Part shown: piece after piece, positions 1-13,844 of the stretch | Layout of the letters: every line of letters starts with the position of its first letter | Numbering within the stretch: the first letter of the stretch is position 1 | Origin: the human T2T-CHM13v2.0 reference genome, Homo sapiens | Assembly: GCF_009914755.1 (NCBI RefSeq) | Contig: NC_060930.1 | Length of the DNA stretch: 64,000 nucleotides | Reading direction: 5' to 3' (one strand) | Notes under the pieces: generated by a model | Databases searched by the model: none | Told to the model about the DNA's origin: nothing | The model's input: only the letters and a program-made list of their open reading frames with translations | Translations under genes and position numbers: made by a program

Positions 1-119
1 AGATAAACTAAGATCTCAAGAAGATAGAGGAAAGGAGAAGTTAGCCTGGGCCCTGTACTTTGCAGGTTTTTTCACTTGAGCTCAGAAAGGCTGAAGGTAA
101 ATGATAGTACAAGTACAAA

Positions 120-2780
120 TATAACAGAAGTTATATTAATATCAAACACATTATCCTTGAACGAAGAAGTGATGTAGAAGAACAATTCACTGGTTAATCC
201 ACCAGGTAGATTAAACAATTCTAAATTTATATATAAGAACATAGCTTCCAAATGGTTAGATAGACAAATTCATAATCACATTGCAAAACATTATTACACA
301 CCTCTCAATGAGTGAAGAAACACACATATAAGATTAAAAATCATGATATTTATATTAAATAAGTTTTTTTGAGATAGAATCTCACTCTGTCACGCAGGCT
401 GGAATGCAGTGGCACCATCTAGGCTCACCACAACCTCCACCTCCCGGGTTCAAGCAATTCTCTACCTCATCCTTCCAAGTAGCTGGATTACAGGTGCCTG
501 CCAGCATGCCCAGCTAATTTTTGTATTTTTAGTAGAGATGGGGTTTCACCATCTTGGCCATGCTGGTCTTCAACTCTTGACATCATGATCCACCTGCCTC
601 GGCCTCCCAAAGTCCTGGGATTGCAGGCGTAAGCCACCATGCCTGGCCTTAAATAATTTTTTTAAAAAGCATAGACCTATAGCAATGTTGATCAAAAAAA
701 TAATAAAAACACAAGTTACAAATAACTGACATGAAAAAGAAAACACCATTAAAGATCCAACAGACACAAAAAGATTATAGAAGTTCTGAACATGTTTATG
801 TAAAATTATAAAATTTAATTGATCAGATATCTAGAAAAACACAATTTTATATAATTAACAGAAGAGATACATAAAATCTGAAGTGACATTATGTGTTAAA
901 GAAATTGTATCTTTCAGCCCTCTCAGAATGTAATCTAAAAAAACACTTATTTTTGCTGGAGAATGCTTCCATATTTAAAGATGAAGTGACGGTAATCTTA
1001 AATAAACTTCTGAGCTTAATTAGAACAGAAGAAAGGATTTCCCAAGTCAGTAGTTGAAACTGAATACGTTTGTTGGTCAAATGTCATAAAATATATTATT
1101 AAAAACGAGGAAGGCACAGACCAATCTTCTTATAAATGCAAAAATCCTAAACAAATAGCAAATCAAACCCAGCCACTTATAAAAATGAAAATACCAAGTC
1201 GCATGTATTCCAGGAATATAAATTTTATTTAAAATATTCTAATTTAATCAATATAACCTCCCATTCAAAAGTAAACTTTAAAAGTCCCATTCTCCTCTTA
1301 ATAGCTGCACTTAAAAAGGATTTTGTAAAATTCAACACAAATTCAGTTTAAAACTCTTAGTAATCAGATAATAGAAGGTACTTTAAAAATACTGCAATCA
1401 GACATGACTACAGAAAACATATTTCAAACATCATACATAATAATAAACACTTTAAGCATTTTCCTTGAGGTGAAAAATGCAAGAGGATACTTTCTATGAC
1501 CATTGCCCAGTAACAATGTACTGAAAGTTCTTTTCAGTACAATAGGGCAATTAAAATAAATGAGATATATGAGTTATAAAGGAAGAAGTAATACCAATTT
1601 TCACACAGATATGGTTGTAAATATAGAAATTCCTAGGGGTTAACAAATATTAGAATAAATAAGTGAATTTAGCAGGTTGTTGGATAATTTACATGTTATT
1701 GATATAGCGTAAATGAATACAAGGCAAATAAAATTTAAAAATGAATCAATTTATAAAGGTCTTATCAATTATTTAATACCTAGCAATAAATTTAATGAAG
1801 ATGAATCAATATCTGGATATCTACACTAAAACTGCAAAATATTATTGAGCTAAATTACATAACCTAAAGCAAAGAAGGAGTAAAATGTCCATGGGATTGA
1901 AGATTTAATGGTATTAAAATTTCACTCTTCTTAAATCATTGTAAGCCCAACCAAAATTCAATCATATGCAAAGAAATTGATATTAATCCCTACTCTCAAC
2001 CCTTACAGAAAAAAACAATTCTAAATAAATGGTAGATCCATATGTAAAAAGTTAAAACAGTAAAGATACTAAACAAACATAAGTGAATCTTATTTTGACT
2101 TTGGAGTAAGCAAATTTGTTAATCAAGACACAAATATCGATAATAATGAGAAAAAATACAATTTTGGCTATACCTACTCCTTTAGCATGTGACAAGAGCA
2201 GCCATATACAAAGAGAAAATGTTTCCTATATATAATTCTGATAAAGGACTCACATCCAGATTTTTTTTTTAAACCCTGCAGAATAATGGGCAAACCTATA
2301 GAAATTGGGCCAAAGTCTGGAACAAGCTCTTAAAATAAAGAGAGGCACTATATGACCAATGATGTGTAAAGATGTCTAATTTCAATAGTGATGAGGGAAA
2401 TGCACATTAAATGACAACTCGGTACTACTAATCACTGTTAATAGCAAAATTTTAAAAGACAAAGTACCAAGTTTAGGCCAGGACATGCCTCAAGTGAGAA
2501 GCTCATACATTGCTAATAGACATGTGGCTATGTACACCACTCGAGAAATATTTTGGGCCTTATTCACTAAAGCTAATTTTAAGCATACTTAGCAATTCTA
2601 CTTCAAGATATATACTTAGGATAAAAACATATATGTTTATCAAAGATGTGTAAAAATGTTCACCCTAGCACTATTCCTAAGAGTTCTAACCTGGGAAAAG
2701 TCAAATATACACCAATAAAGAAACTGTTATACAAACGTGGTGTATTGATATATTGGAATACTGTATTGCAATGAGAACGT
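120..2780 (+). mobile_element. Ancient, deleted L1 (L1M/L1ME-type), ORF2 to 3' UTR relic, interrupted by an Alu at 364-648
   Basis: A-rich plus strand with collinear degenerate ORF2 landmarks: endonuclease region (ccaccaggtagattaaacaattctaaatttata), gcaaaaatcctaaacaaatagcaaatcaaaccc, tctgataaaggactcacatccaga, then a 3' UTR-like end. No intact ORF. Confidence 0.8.
364..648 (-). mobile_element. AluS (Sg/Sc-like)
   Basis: Full reverse Alu dimer from the T-tail to gcctggcc; tgacatcatgatcc lacks the AG of Sx; flanking duplication ttaaataa(g/t)tttt. Confidence 0.95.
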
Positions 2781-2799
2781 TAAATTTTTAAAAAACTTT

Positions 2800-3980
<1,181 letters not shown>

Positions 3981-5789
3981 AAATCCATCCATATAGGGAT
4001 ATGGATTCAGGAATTGGATATACCAGGTAGACTATGTAGAAGACAAAATTAATTCAACATCCTTATTTGATACTGTTGTTACCCTTCCTTACCTATATTA
4101 CATGGAGAATTTCAAATTGTTAAATATGTAACATAGTTTAGATCAATCTTTATTACTGTTTATTTTAGCTACATAGATAATTATCCAGTAAGTAGATATG
4201 TAGAAAAAATACTTCAACTTATTTGAAAATTATATTTACCCTTATTAGGCAAAATCTCATAAGGTTTTAGATGGCATCCATTGTCAAATTTCTACAATTG
4301 CTTATATATGTAATTCTCCTTCCCAAGTCAGTTACGTATCTTATTTTTATGGCCTTGTTGGAATTGGATTTTGTTAACCCAGCAAAGATAGCATCAGTAA
4401 GAGATGTGGCCTTGGATGTGGGACTTCAGAGAAAATTTTTTATCTCCTCCCACCATAGAATTACATCTTCTGTGAGCAAAGAAGATAAAAAAGAAACTTT
4501 ATCAGATGGAGAATAGAGATCATTGGAGGTGAGGGACCTAGTAAATCGTTTGCATATTCCAAGATATCCCCAGTGTGGTTGGCTGATAGTGTATTTTAAT
4601 CAACACCCTAACCTTTGGGTAACAAATCTTGTTAAGTCATGTACTATGTCAACCTCTGCAATATTTCAGTAACATTTAGAATCAATATGTGGTATTTTAT
4701 TCCTATTACTACTATTGCAAGAAGAAATTAGTATTTTTTAACCCTGTTTGGAGTCCAACTGAAGTTTTATTTTATTATTTGATGCAATAACTTCAAAATT
4801 TGAGTTTGTTTTTCTTTATGTTGTATATTTCAATGTATCCAACACAAACATTTCTCTCCATGGTTCTGTCATTGCTTATATCTTATAAAAATCAGTGTAT
4901 GGGAGTAGCTACCTTTTCCATAGAGACTTTGCCAATGGGAATATAGTCTTAGGGGATTTGAAATAAAGCTTTTGCTGGATATTTTACCACTGCCAAACAC
5001 TGTTTTCACATTACCATTCAGATAGTAGTCTCATCGTGATCTGCTGAATGATTCCACACCAACACTTTTACTCAGGGTCTGCTTCTTGCAAGCCACACTC
5101 AGGTACTAACTTCTGCATTACTTTATTTATTACTTTAACTTATTTGAATACCATGCACCAGAAAACAATTGTGAATAAAATAAGGGGAAAATTTGCGTGA
5201 AGAGGACTTCTTGGAAAAGTTTTTGGGTTGATCAGAAAATCAAGAAAACAGCTAAAGAATCAACCCCTGAGCAAGGAAAAGGAGAGATCTCAGAATCTCA
5301 GCAGCAAGAGTTTGACATTCTTCTCCTTTTTAGATTGTCATGAACTGACTCAACTCTAATAGCCTTCTATACACTCCTTGTGTGCAGTACCACAATTTTC
5401 AAATTTCTGAAAGACAATATATATTTGACACAGCATCAGCCATATGTTTGTACTTGTAGGAAGCATGTTGTAGACATAAAATAATACTACCAACTTGGAG
5501 AATTTACAGAACTCCACCATCCTTCTGTCTTCCTCCTTCATTTCAATTGGTTGTCAGGTCTTATACTATATATTTTAATTATACCATCTAACTACCTTTT
5601 AGTTATGTTATCTCTTCTTATAGTCATGGGATGAGAAGTGTCATCCATCTTTTATCATTTCATCTTCCAGTCAAATTTCCACTGGCTTCATTGGCACAAC
5701 ATCTACAAAAGTATGTATAACATCGTGATCTCAAAAACAAACAACACAAATTAAAAATCAAACAAGCAAACATCTCTTGACCTTGCCTG

Positions 5790-5960
5790 TGGTGCTTTTC
5801 AAAAGACTGGGAAGTGGAAAAAGGGGACGTTCTGTGCTGAGGGTAAGAAAAAGCAGAGGTAATGAAGTATGACAGTATGAGATTTATTAGGAGGAAATAT
5901 GAATATCAAATTATTGGTATTCTACTTAAGACTATGAAGAACAAAAGTGGATAGACAGGG
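5790..5960 (-). mobile_element. Possible L2 fragment
   Basis: Purine-rich stretch resembling antisense L2 3' region (gttctgtgctgagggtaagaaaaagcagagg); highly diverged. Confidence 0.3.
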
Positions 5961-6429
5961 AATCACAGGGGAGAGTGCCTCCTGAAATTTTATAACAAAA
6001 GCTGCATGGCACCTTAGCCATTCAAAAAATATATTCAGGTTTGTTATCAATAATAATTGAAGTAGGCCAATAGTTTTCAAAGTTCAGTTCAAAGTTTGGT
6101 TCAGTTAATAGTTTACTCTGCTTCATAAAATATAGAATTCCCTTCTCATCATCAGCGACTTCAAACCACAATGCCTTTTTAGGGCCAAGAAATGGAGCTA
6201 TATAATAAACACTGCACAGATTCTGGAACAGGCTCTCTGGAGACAAAAGACTGAGAAAAATTCAGAAGTACTATCAGAAAATTGTCAGTCACAGGTTTAA
6301 ATGGATGTGATGAAACTAGTTATGACTTAGTGGCTACTGATGGCTTATCATGCATTTTTTTAATGGAAAATGTCTTTCCTCCAGAACTTTAAAATTTGGA
6401 AATATTCATATACTAATATATTTTATGTA

Positions 6430-6550
6430 ATAATATTAGAAGAGGAAGAACCTATATTCACATATTAATTATCATTTTTCTCACAAAGAAATAGAGATAA
6501 ACCAAGACTAAGACATGGTCCCAAGATCACACAGCAATTAAGATTCAGTC
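6430..6550 (-). mobile_element. Possible MIR fragment
   Basis: ggtcccaagatcacacagcaatta resembles the MIR core (cccaaggtcacacagcta). Confidence 0.4.
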
Positions 6551-6849
6551 CTTATTTACTATTCATTTCATTCTCTGAAACTGCAATTATATTTGCTTTC
6601 AAAGAATGTTCCAGAAAAATATAAGTGTAGAAAAAGAATAATATAGACATTAATTTCACTAAATAATATAAGCATTTTTTTTTTCTTTTTCTATCAGCTG
6701 AAAGCAGCCTAGGAGTGTTAATCCTCTTGGTGTTTCTCAACCAGACTCTTTTGCATGATAAAACAATTTTACTCTCATTGGTCTATTCTAGCATTTAAGT
6801 TAATTTTCCAACCATCTAAATTCCAAGTGTGCACCATAGAGGTTGAGCT

Positions 6850-7900
6850 TTTCTATCCATCTGCTACACCAATACCGTCCAGTCTATGCCAATGATTGAA
6901 GGGTATAAAAAAAGGGCCGTGTGGTCGTTTCAGTTTTGTTTTGTTTTGCAATGCAGACGCACTTGGAGCAGCAGGTCAATGAATTCTGGGAACTGCATCT
7001 TTTTGACACATGAGACCTTTGCAGAATGAATCAAAGTTAAATCCCATGAATAAATGCTAGTGTTTAATAATCATTCCGTTTATGGAAGCTTTATTGTGAA
7101 TTCATAAAAGCAAGGACAATATTTCCTTGCAAGTCCACAAATCACCATCATAAGCAAGGCAATCGTGAATAAACTGAGCTGGACTGCATAGCCTCTTTGG
7201 CAGTTGCTAGTATTTAAATATGGATGGGAGAAGCAAAGACTAGGAGAAGTTGTCCTAAAGCAAGCAAATGACAGCTCCCACAAATAAAGGGAAAAATGTT
7301 AAAACAATAAACAAAAGAGAAACAATTACTTGCTCATTACAAACATGTCATATTGCATTCTTTATTTTGATTGTGGAAAATTAGCCATTGACTACCAGGA
7401 ACAATTGATTTTCCTTCACAGCTGTTTTCTAATTACATCTGAACACTGAAAATTCTAGTGCAGCCATTCAGCTGTACAAAGAGAATTTTCTTTTATTATT
7501 TTTGCTATTGCTGCAAGCTCTGCCCAGAAGCATGACTATAGTTAGATGATCTGTACTGTATGTATGTGGTGTTTGTATTAAAAGCCATGCTTTTCAGGGA
7601 TGTTATAAGAACTCAAATATTTTAAATTACATAGGGCAGAACTTGGTGTACAAGCTGTTTTGCCCAGATGCTATTACGTAGCTTTCTCTTTCTTTTTGCC
7701 ATCAAAACAAGGAAGAAGATAATGAAGATAGCTTAAATCGGTACATCCGTTTCTTAGTCACTGCATAGTCGTCAATTGGATCTATTTTTGTCATTGTGGC
7801 TTCTGATGAGTGTTTTGGCACAGTCTTACTGGGAGGGTGGAGGGTGATGTGCAGTTTCCTGTCAGTTAATTCTGTGGGTAAATTCTAAGCAAAGAGCATG
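6850..7900. promoter_or_regulatory. Candidate cis-regulatory block (unique sequence, dense in HOX/MEIS/TCF/SOX/FOX-type motifs)
   Basis: No repeat recognised. ATCAAAG 7030-7036, TTTATGG 7079-7085, TCATAAAA 7102-7109, TGACAGCT 7269-7276, AACAAT/TAAACAAA 7303-7315. Function is inferred only. Confidence 0.35.
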
Positions 7901-8190
7901 GAGATTATTAACAGGCAGGATTCCAAGGTTTCAGAGAAGCAATTGAAATTTTTGGATGCTTCTCTTCAAACGCTTTAGAATTTTCCTCAAAATGATTTCA
8001 GTTTTAAAATATGGCCAGAAATATGAAACTTGCCCTTGGGAGTTTTCTAGGACTTGCGGTTAGTGAGTTCTGGAAAAATAGTTAAGATACTTCCTTCAGA
8101 GTTTAGGGTCTCTGATTAATCTTTACCATAATTTAGGTGAAATCAGCTCAGCAATGTTAACAATTCAGCAAAAATAAAGTGAAATCTTAA

Positions 8191-8469
<279 letters not shown>

Positions 8470-8667
8470 TAGAGGTAACTTTAATCAGGTATCTGTTCAC
8501 TGGATGGCAATTTTTTAAGTCTTTGATCAAAACTCTAACCTCTGTAGTTCCTGTAGTAACGCAGTGTAACTTGAAATTTGCCATTTTACTTGGAAGGCTC
8601 AAAGATTCCTCAATGGCCCATCTTATTTTAGTATTTCCTTTGCCAAGATTAAGATTGAGGTGATGAT

Positions 8668-9057
8668 TGTTTAATTAAATTAAATTTGGCTTGAGGCTGT
8701 CTCGGTACCGTAGGTCCCTACATAACAAACTACAATTTAACTAAACAAACTGAAAGCCTAATTTAGGAGTATATATTGCAACAAATTGCTAGGTCTCAGC
8801 CAGTCACAGCCGACTAGCTTCAGCCAATCACAGGCTGCCAATTGATCAGACCATGTCCAAACAAGTAAAAAATGCTAAGCTGTAACCAACCAGTTTCTGT
8901 ACCTTACTTTCATTTTCTGTCCATATGTACTGCCTACCTACTTTGCAGAAGTGAGATCTCTGAACCACTCTGCTGGCTCTTGAGAGCTACTGGATTCCCA
9001 AATAATTCTCTGCTTCATTAAACTCCTTTAAATTTGTCTAAAGATTTCCTTTTAATA
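8668..9057 (+). mobile_element. MER57-family ERV1 solo LTR
   Basis: Characteristic cagccaatcacaggctgccaa, gctgtaaccaa...tttctgtaccttact, and terminal attaaactcctttaaatttgtctaaagatttccttttaa. Confidence 0.85.
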
Positions 9058-9439
9058 CATTTCATCTCATTTTTATTTTTCTAAATTTTGATAACTTTCA
9101 TTGACTTTTATCATAAAAATCAAGTCTAATACAAAATAAAACAATATAAAAATAAATGTATTGAAATTATATCAATTTTATTTCCTGACATATTTTCTTG
9201 ATTTATATCATTACAAAAGATAAAAACTATCAGCATGGAGTTTTGAAACCATAAAAAATTTTTTTGAAAGAATGAGGAAAAGCAGCAAGAACTTTGGGTG
9301 TGATGGAGGTATGTGGTTAATTTAATAGGACTGATTTTTTTTTTAATTCTGGGATTTTTCTCACATAACCATATAATCTATTTGAAAACCAGATATTTAC
9401 TAGAAGAGAGTGGCAAATATCCACTACTGAATAGATAAG

Positions 9440-9830
9440 AGTTTAGACATTAAAACTGAAAGCACTCTTAAGTATTTTACATGTAAAGAGGTTTAAGACA
9501 CAGAACTAGTGGCCAATAAAACTGCTGAGAGGTGGCAAAATGACAGTCAGAAAAGCTGCTTTCAAGATATTTTTAAGTGAAGGAATCTCAGGAAGCCATT
9601 AACAATTATTTTAGTTGCCTACCACACCTAAGAAGATGATTCTCAGGAAGATCTCCAAAATCAATGGGCAAAAACCCATGTCTGCCATTTGTCAAAGCCC
9701 ACACATTTATCCTCAGCCATGGCATGAGAACAATGGCTTCTGCTCTTCTACAACACCAAGAAATTTTCTCTTATCACTTAGATACAACTGAACCCCAATG
9801 GCAATGAAGCTTGTTTCCAGTCTTTATGTC
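9440..9830 (-). mobile_element. Possible very old MaLR-type LTR relic
   Basis: aaaactgaaagcactcttaagtattttacatgtaaagaggtttaagacacagaa resembles old MLT1 termini; weak match. Confidence 0.3.
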
Positions 9831-10124
9831 CCTGTGAAATAAGAAACAACTTACAAATTTAGAGATGATAATACAGCAACAATATCTGAAAGAACTACAC
9901 TTGAACACAAGAATTCAAACCCTAAAAGTAATAAAGTAATACCAATAATGATGTTATTTCACATACAGCTGTTCAATTGGATAATCACTGAATTGTCCTT
10001 ACCGTTTAATTTATTTTTCTCCAGACTTACTCTATATGAACTATTCAACAATAGCAACAAAATAAATCAATAAATAATAAACAAGAGAGGTGAAGAATAA
10101 TATCATGTGATTGATTTTTCTCTT

Positions 10125-10364
10125 CTTGAGAGCTTGTTTGGAAGTTCTAGCAGGGAAGCCCATCTACTCACGTGCCCTTGACTGAAGATGGGTCCTTCTC
10201 CATCGCAGATGGTCATCCTCTTTTACCGAGCACACAGCTTTGGAAGGAACGCATATGGAGTGGTGAGGAAGGAAGGGAACACCTGTCTAGTCAACCAGAT
10301 CTGCTGCACCAACCCTGGCAATCAAATGGTTGATAGATGTTGCTCTTAGATTGCCCTCATATCC
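10125..10364 (-). pseudogene. 7SK snRNA retropseudogene (RN7SKP family), about nt 1-240 of 7SK, 3'-truncated, no poly(A) tail
   Basis: Reverse complement reads GGATATGAGGGCAATCT...TTGATTGCCAGGGTTG...GAGGATGACCATC...CCCTGCTAGAACTTCCAAACAAGCTCTCAAG, collinear with 7SK. 14-bp duplication atttttctcttctt at 10114-10127 and 10368-10381. Confidence 0.95.
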
Positions 10365-10479
10365 ATAATTTTTCTCTTCTTCTTCTTCTTCCTTTTACCA
10401 AAACAACTACAACAACAACAAAACAAATAACTTTAATTTTGAAATGGCATTATGAGAAAAGGGTTCTGTATCGTGCTAA

Positions 10480-10783
<304 letters not shown>

Positions 10784-11321
10784 TGTGCAAATACTTTTTA
10801 TGAGGAAATCATAGAAAAAGTATCTGTTAGTTGACAGGCAGTATCCATATTACAGTGTTTGGTTTGAGCACTTGAGTTGTTCTGAAGCTAGGTTACCATG
10901 AAAATAAATACAGTGATACTTGGAATCAGAGAACACATATGGTCAGCATTTTCCAGATGGCATATTTATGTCAAATGTATAGACATTATAAGAAAAAATA
11001 TTATAAGTCAATATTAAGAAGACTCTCTAAATATTTAGGTAAATACAATGCACTGTTCCCTCCGCCCAGAAATAGAGTATGATCCTGGCACCTTGCCAAG
11101 AAACACATAGAAATATCCTTGTACGTTGTGCTTATAGTAGATAATCTGAAAAGTTTCATCCAAATCTTAAATTCTAGATATGAATAGTTTGTAATAAAGT
11201 GTTAGAAGGATCAAGATTAAAAATTATTTGCATATGGTTCCCAATGCCTCTTAGTAATCAGTGGATGATAAGTTCCTTGTAACTTATTTTAATAAAAAGT
11301 CTTGAGTACAGAATGTGAGTA

Positions 11322-11786
11322 TATTATAGACTAAATATTTATATTCCTTCCCCCAGATTCATATATTGAAGGCCTAACTGCCAATATGACTGTATTTGTG
11401 TATTTGGGGAAGAAGCCTCTACAGATATAATTAAGGTTAAATAAGATCATTAAATTGGGACACTAATCCAATAGAAATAATGTCTTTATAAGAAGAAACA
11501 CCAGAGAGAAAAATAACTTTCTCCTCTCTCTCACTCTCTCTCTTTCTCTCTCTCTCTAGCTGTCTCTCCAGGAGGACACAAAGAAAAGATCAAGACAGCA
11601 TGTAGCAAATGTAGCAAGGAGGCATCCAATCATCTGCAACCCAAGGGGCAAACCCTCGCCACACACCAACCCTGCTGGCTCCTTGCTTTTGGACTTCCAG
11701 TTTCAGAATTATGAGAAAATACATTTCTGTGTTTAGGCCATCAAGTCTATTGTATTTTGTTCTGACAGCCTGAACAGACTAATACA
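11322..11786 (+). mobile_element. MLT1A-type MaLR solo LTR
   Basis: attcatatattgaag...taattaaggttaaataagatcat...ggacttccag...tattttgt...gactaataca terminus; internal (CT)n tract. Confidence 0.88.
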
Positions 11787-12199
11787 CAGTATAATACAAT
11801 TGAATTGTTGATTCATCTAAGAAATATATAATTTCTACATGGTTTGTTGCAATTATCTGGGAATAAATATTACCATGACCACTTATTCAGAACTTGATAT
11901 CTGTATTTATTTCTAAGCATGCATATAATCCCATTACTTGGTAGTCATTTGAATGTATGTTCCACACTTACACCAAAAAGTGATAATAGTATTGACTTCA
12001 TATAAGAAGTCTTGATAGTCAGTAGTATTGACTTCACATAAGAAAATATTATAAATTAATTCCAATTCCAATTTATGAAGATATTATAAATTTAATATCT
12101 CTGAATGTAAATTCTCGGTTGTTCTAGATATAAAAATAAATTATTGATTTATTTTGCTAAGCTACTATAAAACACAATAAAATTTAAAAGCCTCAATTT

Positions 12200-12920
12200 T
12201 GCTGATTGTTTACTATTACAAATCATGCTGGAATGGACATTCTCATATTCTGTTTAGTCTTAATCCTTCCCCCACCAAATCCAATGGATTCAAGGATTTG
12301 GACACAGACACTTTATTTTGAAGTTGATCCCAGGCACCAAAAATGAGAAAAGAAAGAAAGGGAAATAGGTAAGAGAAAAGGGGCAATAAAGTTATGTCTT
12401 AACAAGCTTGAGTACCACAGTTAACAACTGAGTCACAATCCCACTGGGGATTGTAAGGAACATACCTTGGGTTAGTTCTACCCCAGTACAAGGAAGCTAC
12501 AGGATTTAGCCATTGCCTTTTAGCCCCAATTGTTGAGGATTTCCCTTAAGTAGTGTTAACACAGGCACATACTGAGTGTTCCTGTGTCCAGCATTTCTAT
12601 CTCATTTGTTTTCAGAGAAACGGCTTAAGTGGAGAAGGGTGATGCAGAAACAGGAAGTTACAGTCTAGCAGCAGGTCAGTAGCTGTTTAAAGGAGCAGTA
12701 GGTGAACTCATCAGGCCAAAGGGACAGGGAGCATTTACTAAATTTGCACATATGTAAGAGTTTCTCTAGTGTACACATTCAGTAATGATTTCATTACTGA
12801 GCTGTCTATGGCTGTTTCTTCAACCTTATAAGATATTGCTACATTGCTCCTCAAGGTTGTGCTGCCCAAAGACAATCCTGCCAAAATAATGAAATGTTCC
12901 AGTGGTGTAAAATTTTTATC
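12200..12920 (-). mobile_element. Old L1 (L1ME-like) 3' fragment split by LTR33
   Basis: ttactattacaaatcatgctggaatggacattctcat resumes after the LTR as tatgtaagagtttctctag...caaccttataagatattgc. Confidence 0.55.
12251..12740 (-). mobile_element. LTR33-like ERVL LTR
   Basis: caaggatttg...tttattttgaagttgatcccagg...gcaataaag...caactgagtcacaatcccactgggga...ttgttgagga follows antisense LTR33. Confidence 0.7.
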
Positions 12921-12937
12921 AGTATATATATAATGGT

Positions 12938-13110
12938 TATATATATATGTGTGTGTGTGTTTGTGTGTGTATATATATATGGTTAAAATAATATTTTTAT
13001 CAAATATGTATATACAATTTATGATATAAATTATAAATTATGGTAAAATTATATATTATTATAAACATACATTATAATGTATTATATACATAATTTATAT
13101 ATATATAAAA
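12938..13110. repeat. (TA)n/(TG)n microsatellite and AT-rich low-complexity tract
   Basis: Directly visible. Confidence 0.9.
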
Positions 13111-13486
13111 ACCATTTTTGAGGCACTGTTTTTCTTATCAATCCATTAGTTCTTAAACTTTAAATTTTCAGTGTCTTTTCTATATTTTTATTTATTTGTT
13201 TTCTGTGCATATTGATTAATTAGATGTGGGGAAGACTAGTTGGGTGTTTTTAAAAATAATAATTCTAAACACATAAGCAAATTGAGAAAAAAATCAGTAT
13301 TCTTAGACTTTTATAAGTAAGCATATCAGGTAAAGGTTGACCCACAGTTAAACATTTTAGGTCTTTTAGAAAACTCCAAGTAAAAGTTAGATAATTTATC
13401 CCTCAGAATTAGATAAGTAATTTTGCCTGTCATGATTATAAATCTGTGCATTGAAATATTTTGACTTTTTATTTGCTAACCCAATG

Positions 13487-13844
13487 TGACTTGGTCCGCT
13501 TTCTAGTGCTATAACAGAATACCATACCTGGGTAATATTTATGAAGAAAAGAAGTTTATTTTGTTCAAGTTTCTGGAGACTGAAAAGTGCAAGAGCATGG
13601 TGCTGGCATCTGGCTAGGGCCCTCCTGCTGCATCATCCCATGGCAGATAGGCAGAAATGCAAGAAAGCAGACAAGACAGAGAAGGGGCCAAAATAACTAA
13701 CCCACTCTCATGATACAGACCTAATTTATTCATGAGGGAAGAGCCCTTATGACCTTATTGAAAGTTCCCACCTTTTCAATGTTGCTGCATTGAGGATTAA
13801 GTTTTCAACACACAAACTTTGGGGGATGTACTAAAACCACAGCA
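13487..13844 (-). mobile_element. MST (MSTC/MSTD-like) MaLR solo LTR
   Basis: gctataacagaataccatacctgggtaat...aagagcatggtgctggcatctgg...gcattgaggattaagttttcaacac...aaaccacagca. Confidence 0.85.

Noticed and set aside
4271-4516. 81-aa ATG-initiated hydrophobic ORF (MASIVKFLQLL...) as a microprotein
   Set aside because: Hydrophobicity is expected from T-rich DNA; no recognisable homology, promoter or expression support from the sequence alone.
5040-5500. Possible LTR33/MLT1-type relics (ctcagggtctgcttc and downstream sequence)
   Set aside because: Only short motifs are recognisable; family and boundaries cannot be supported without an HMM search.
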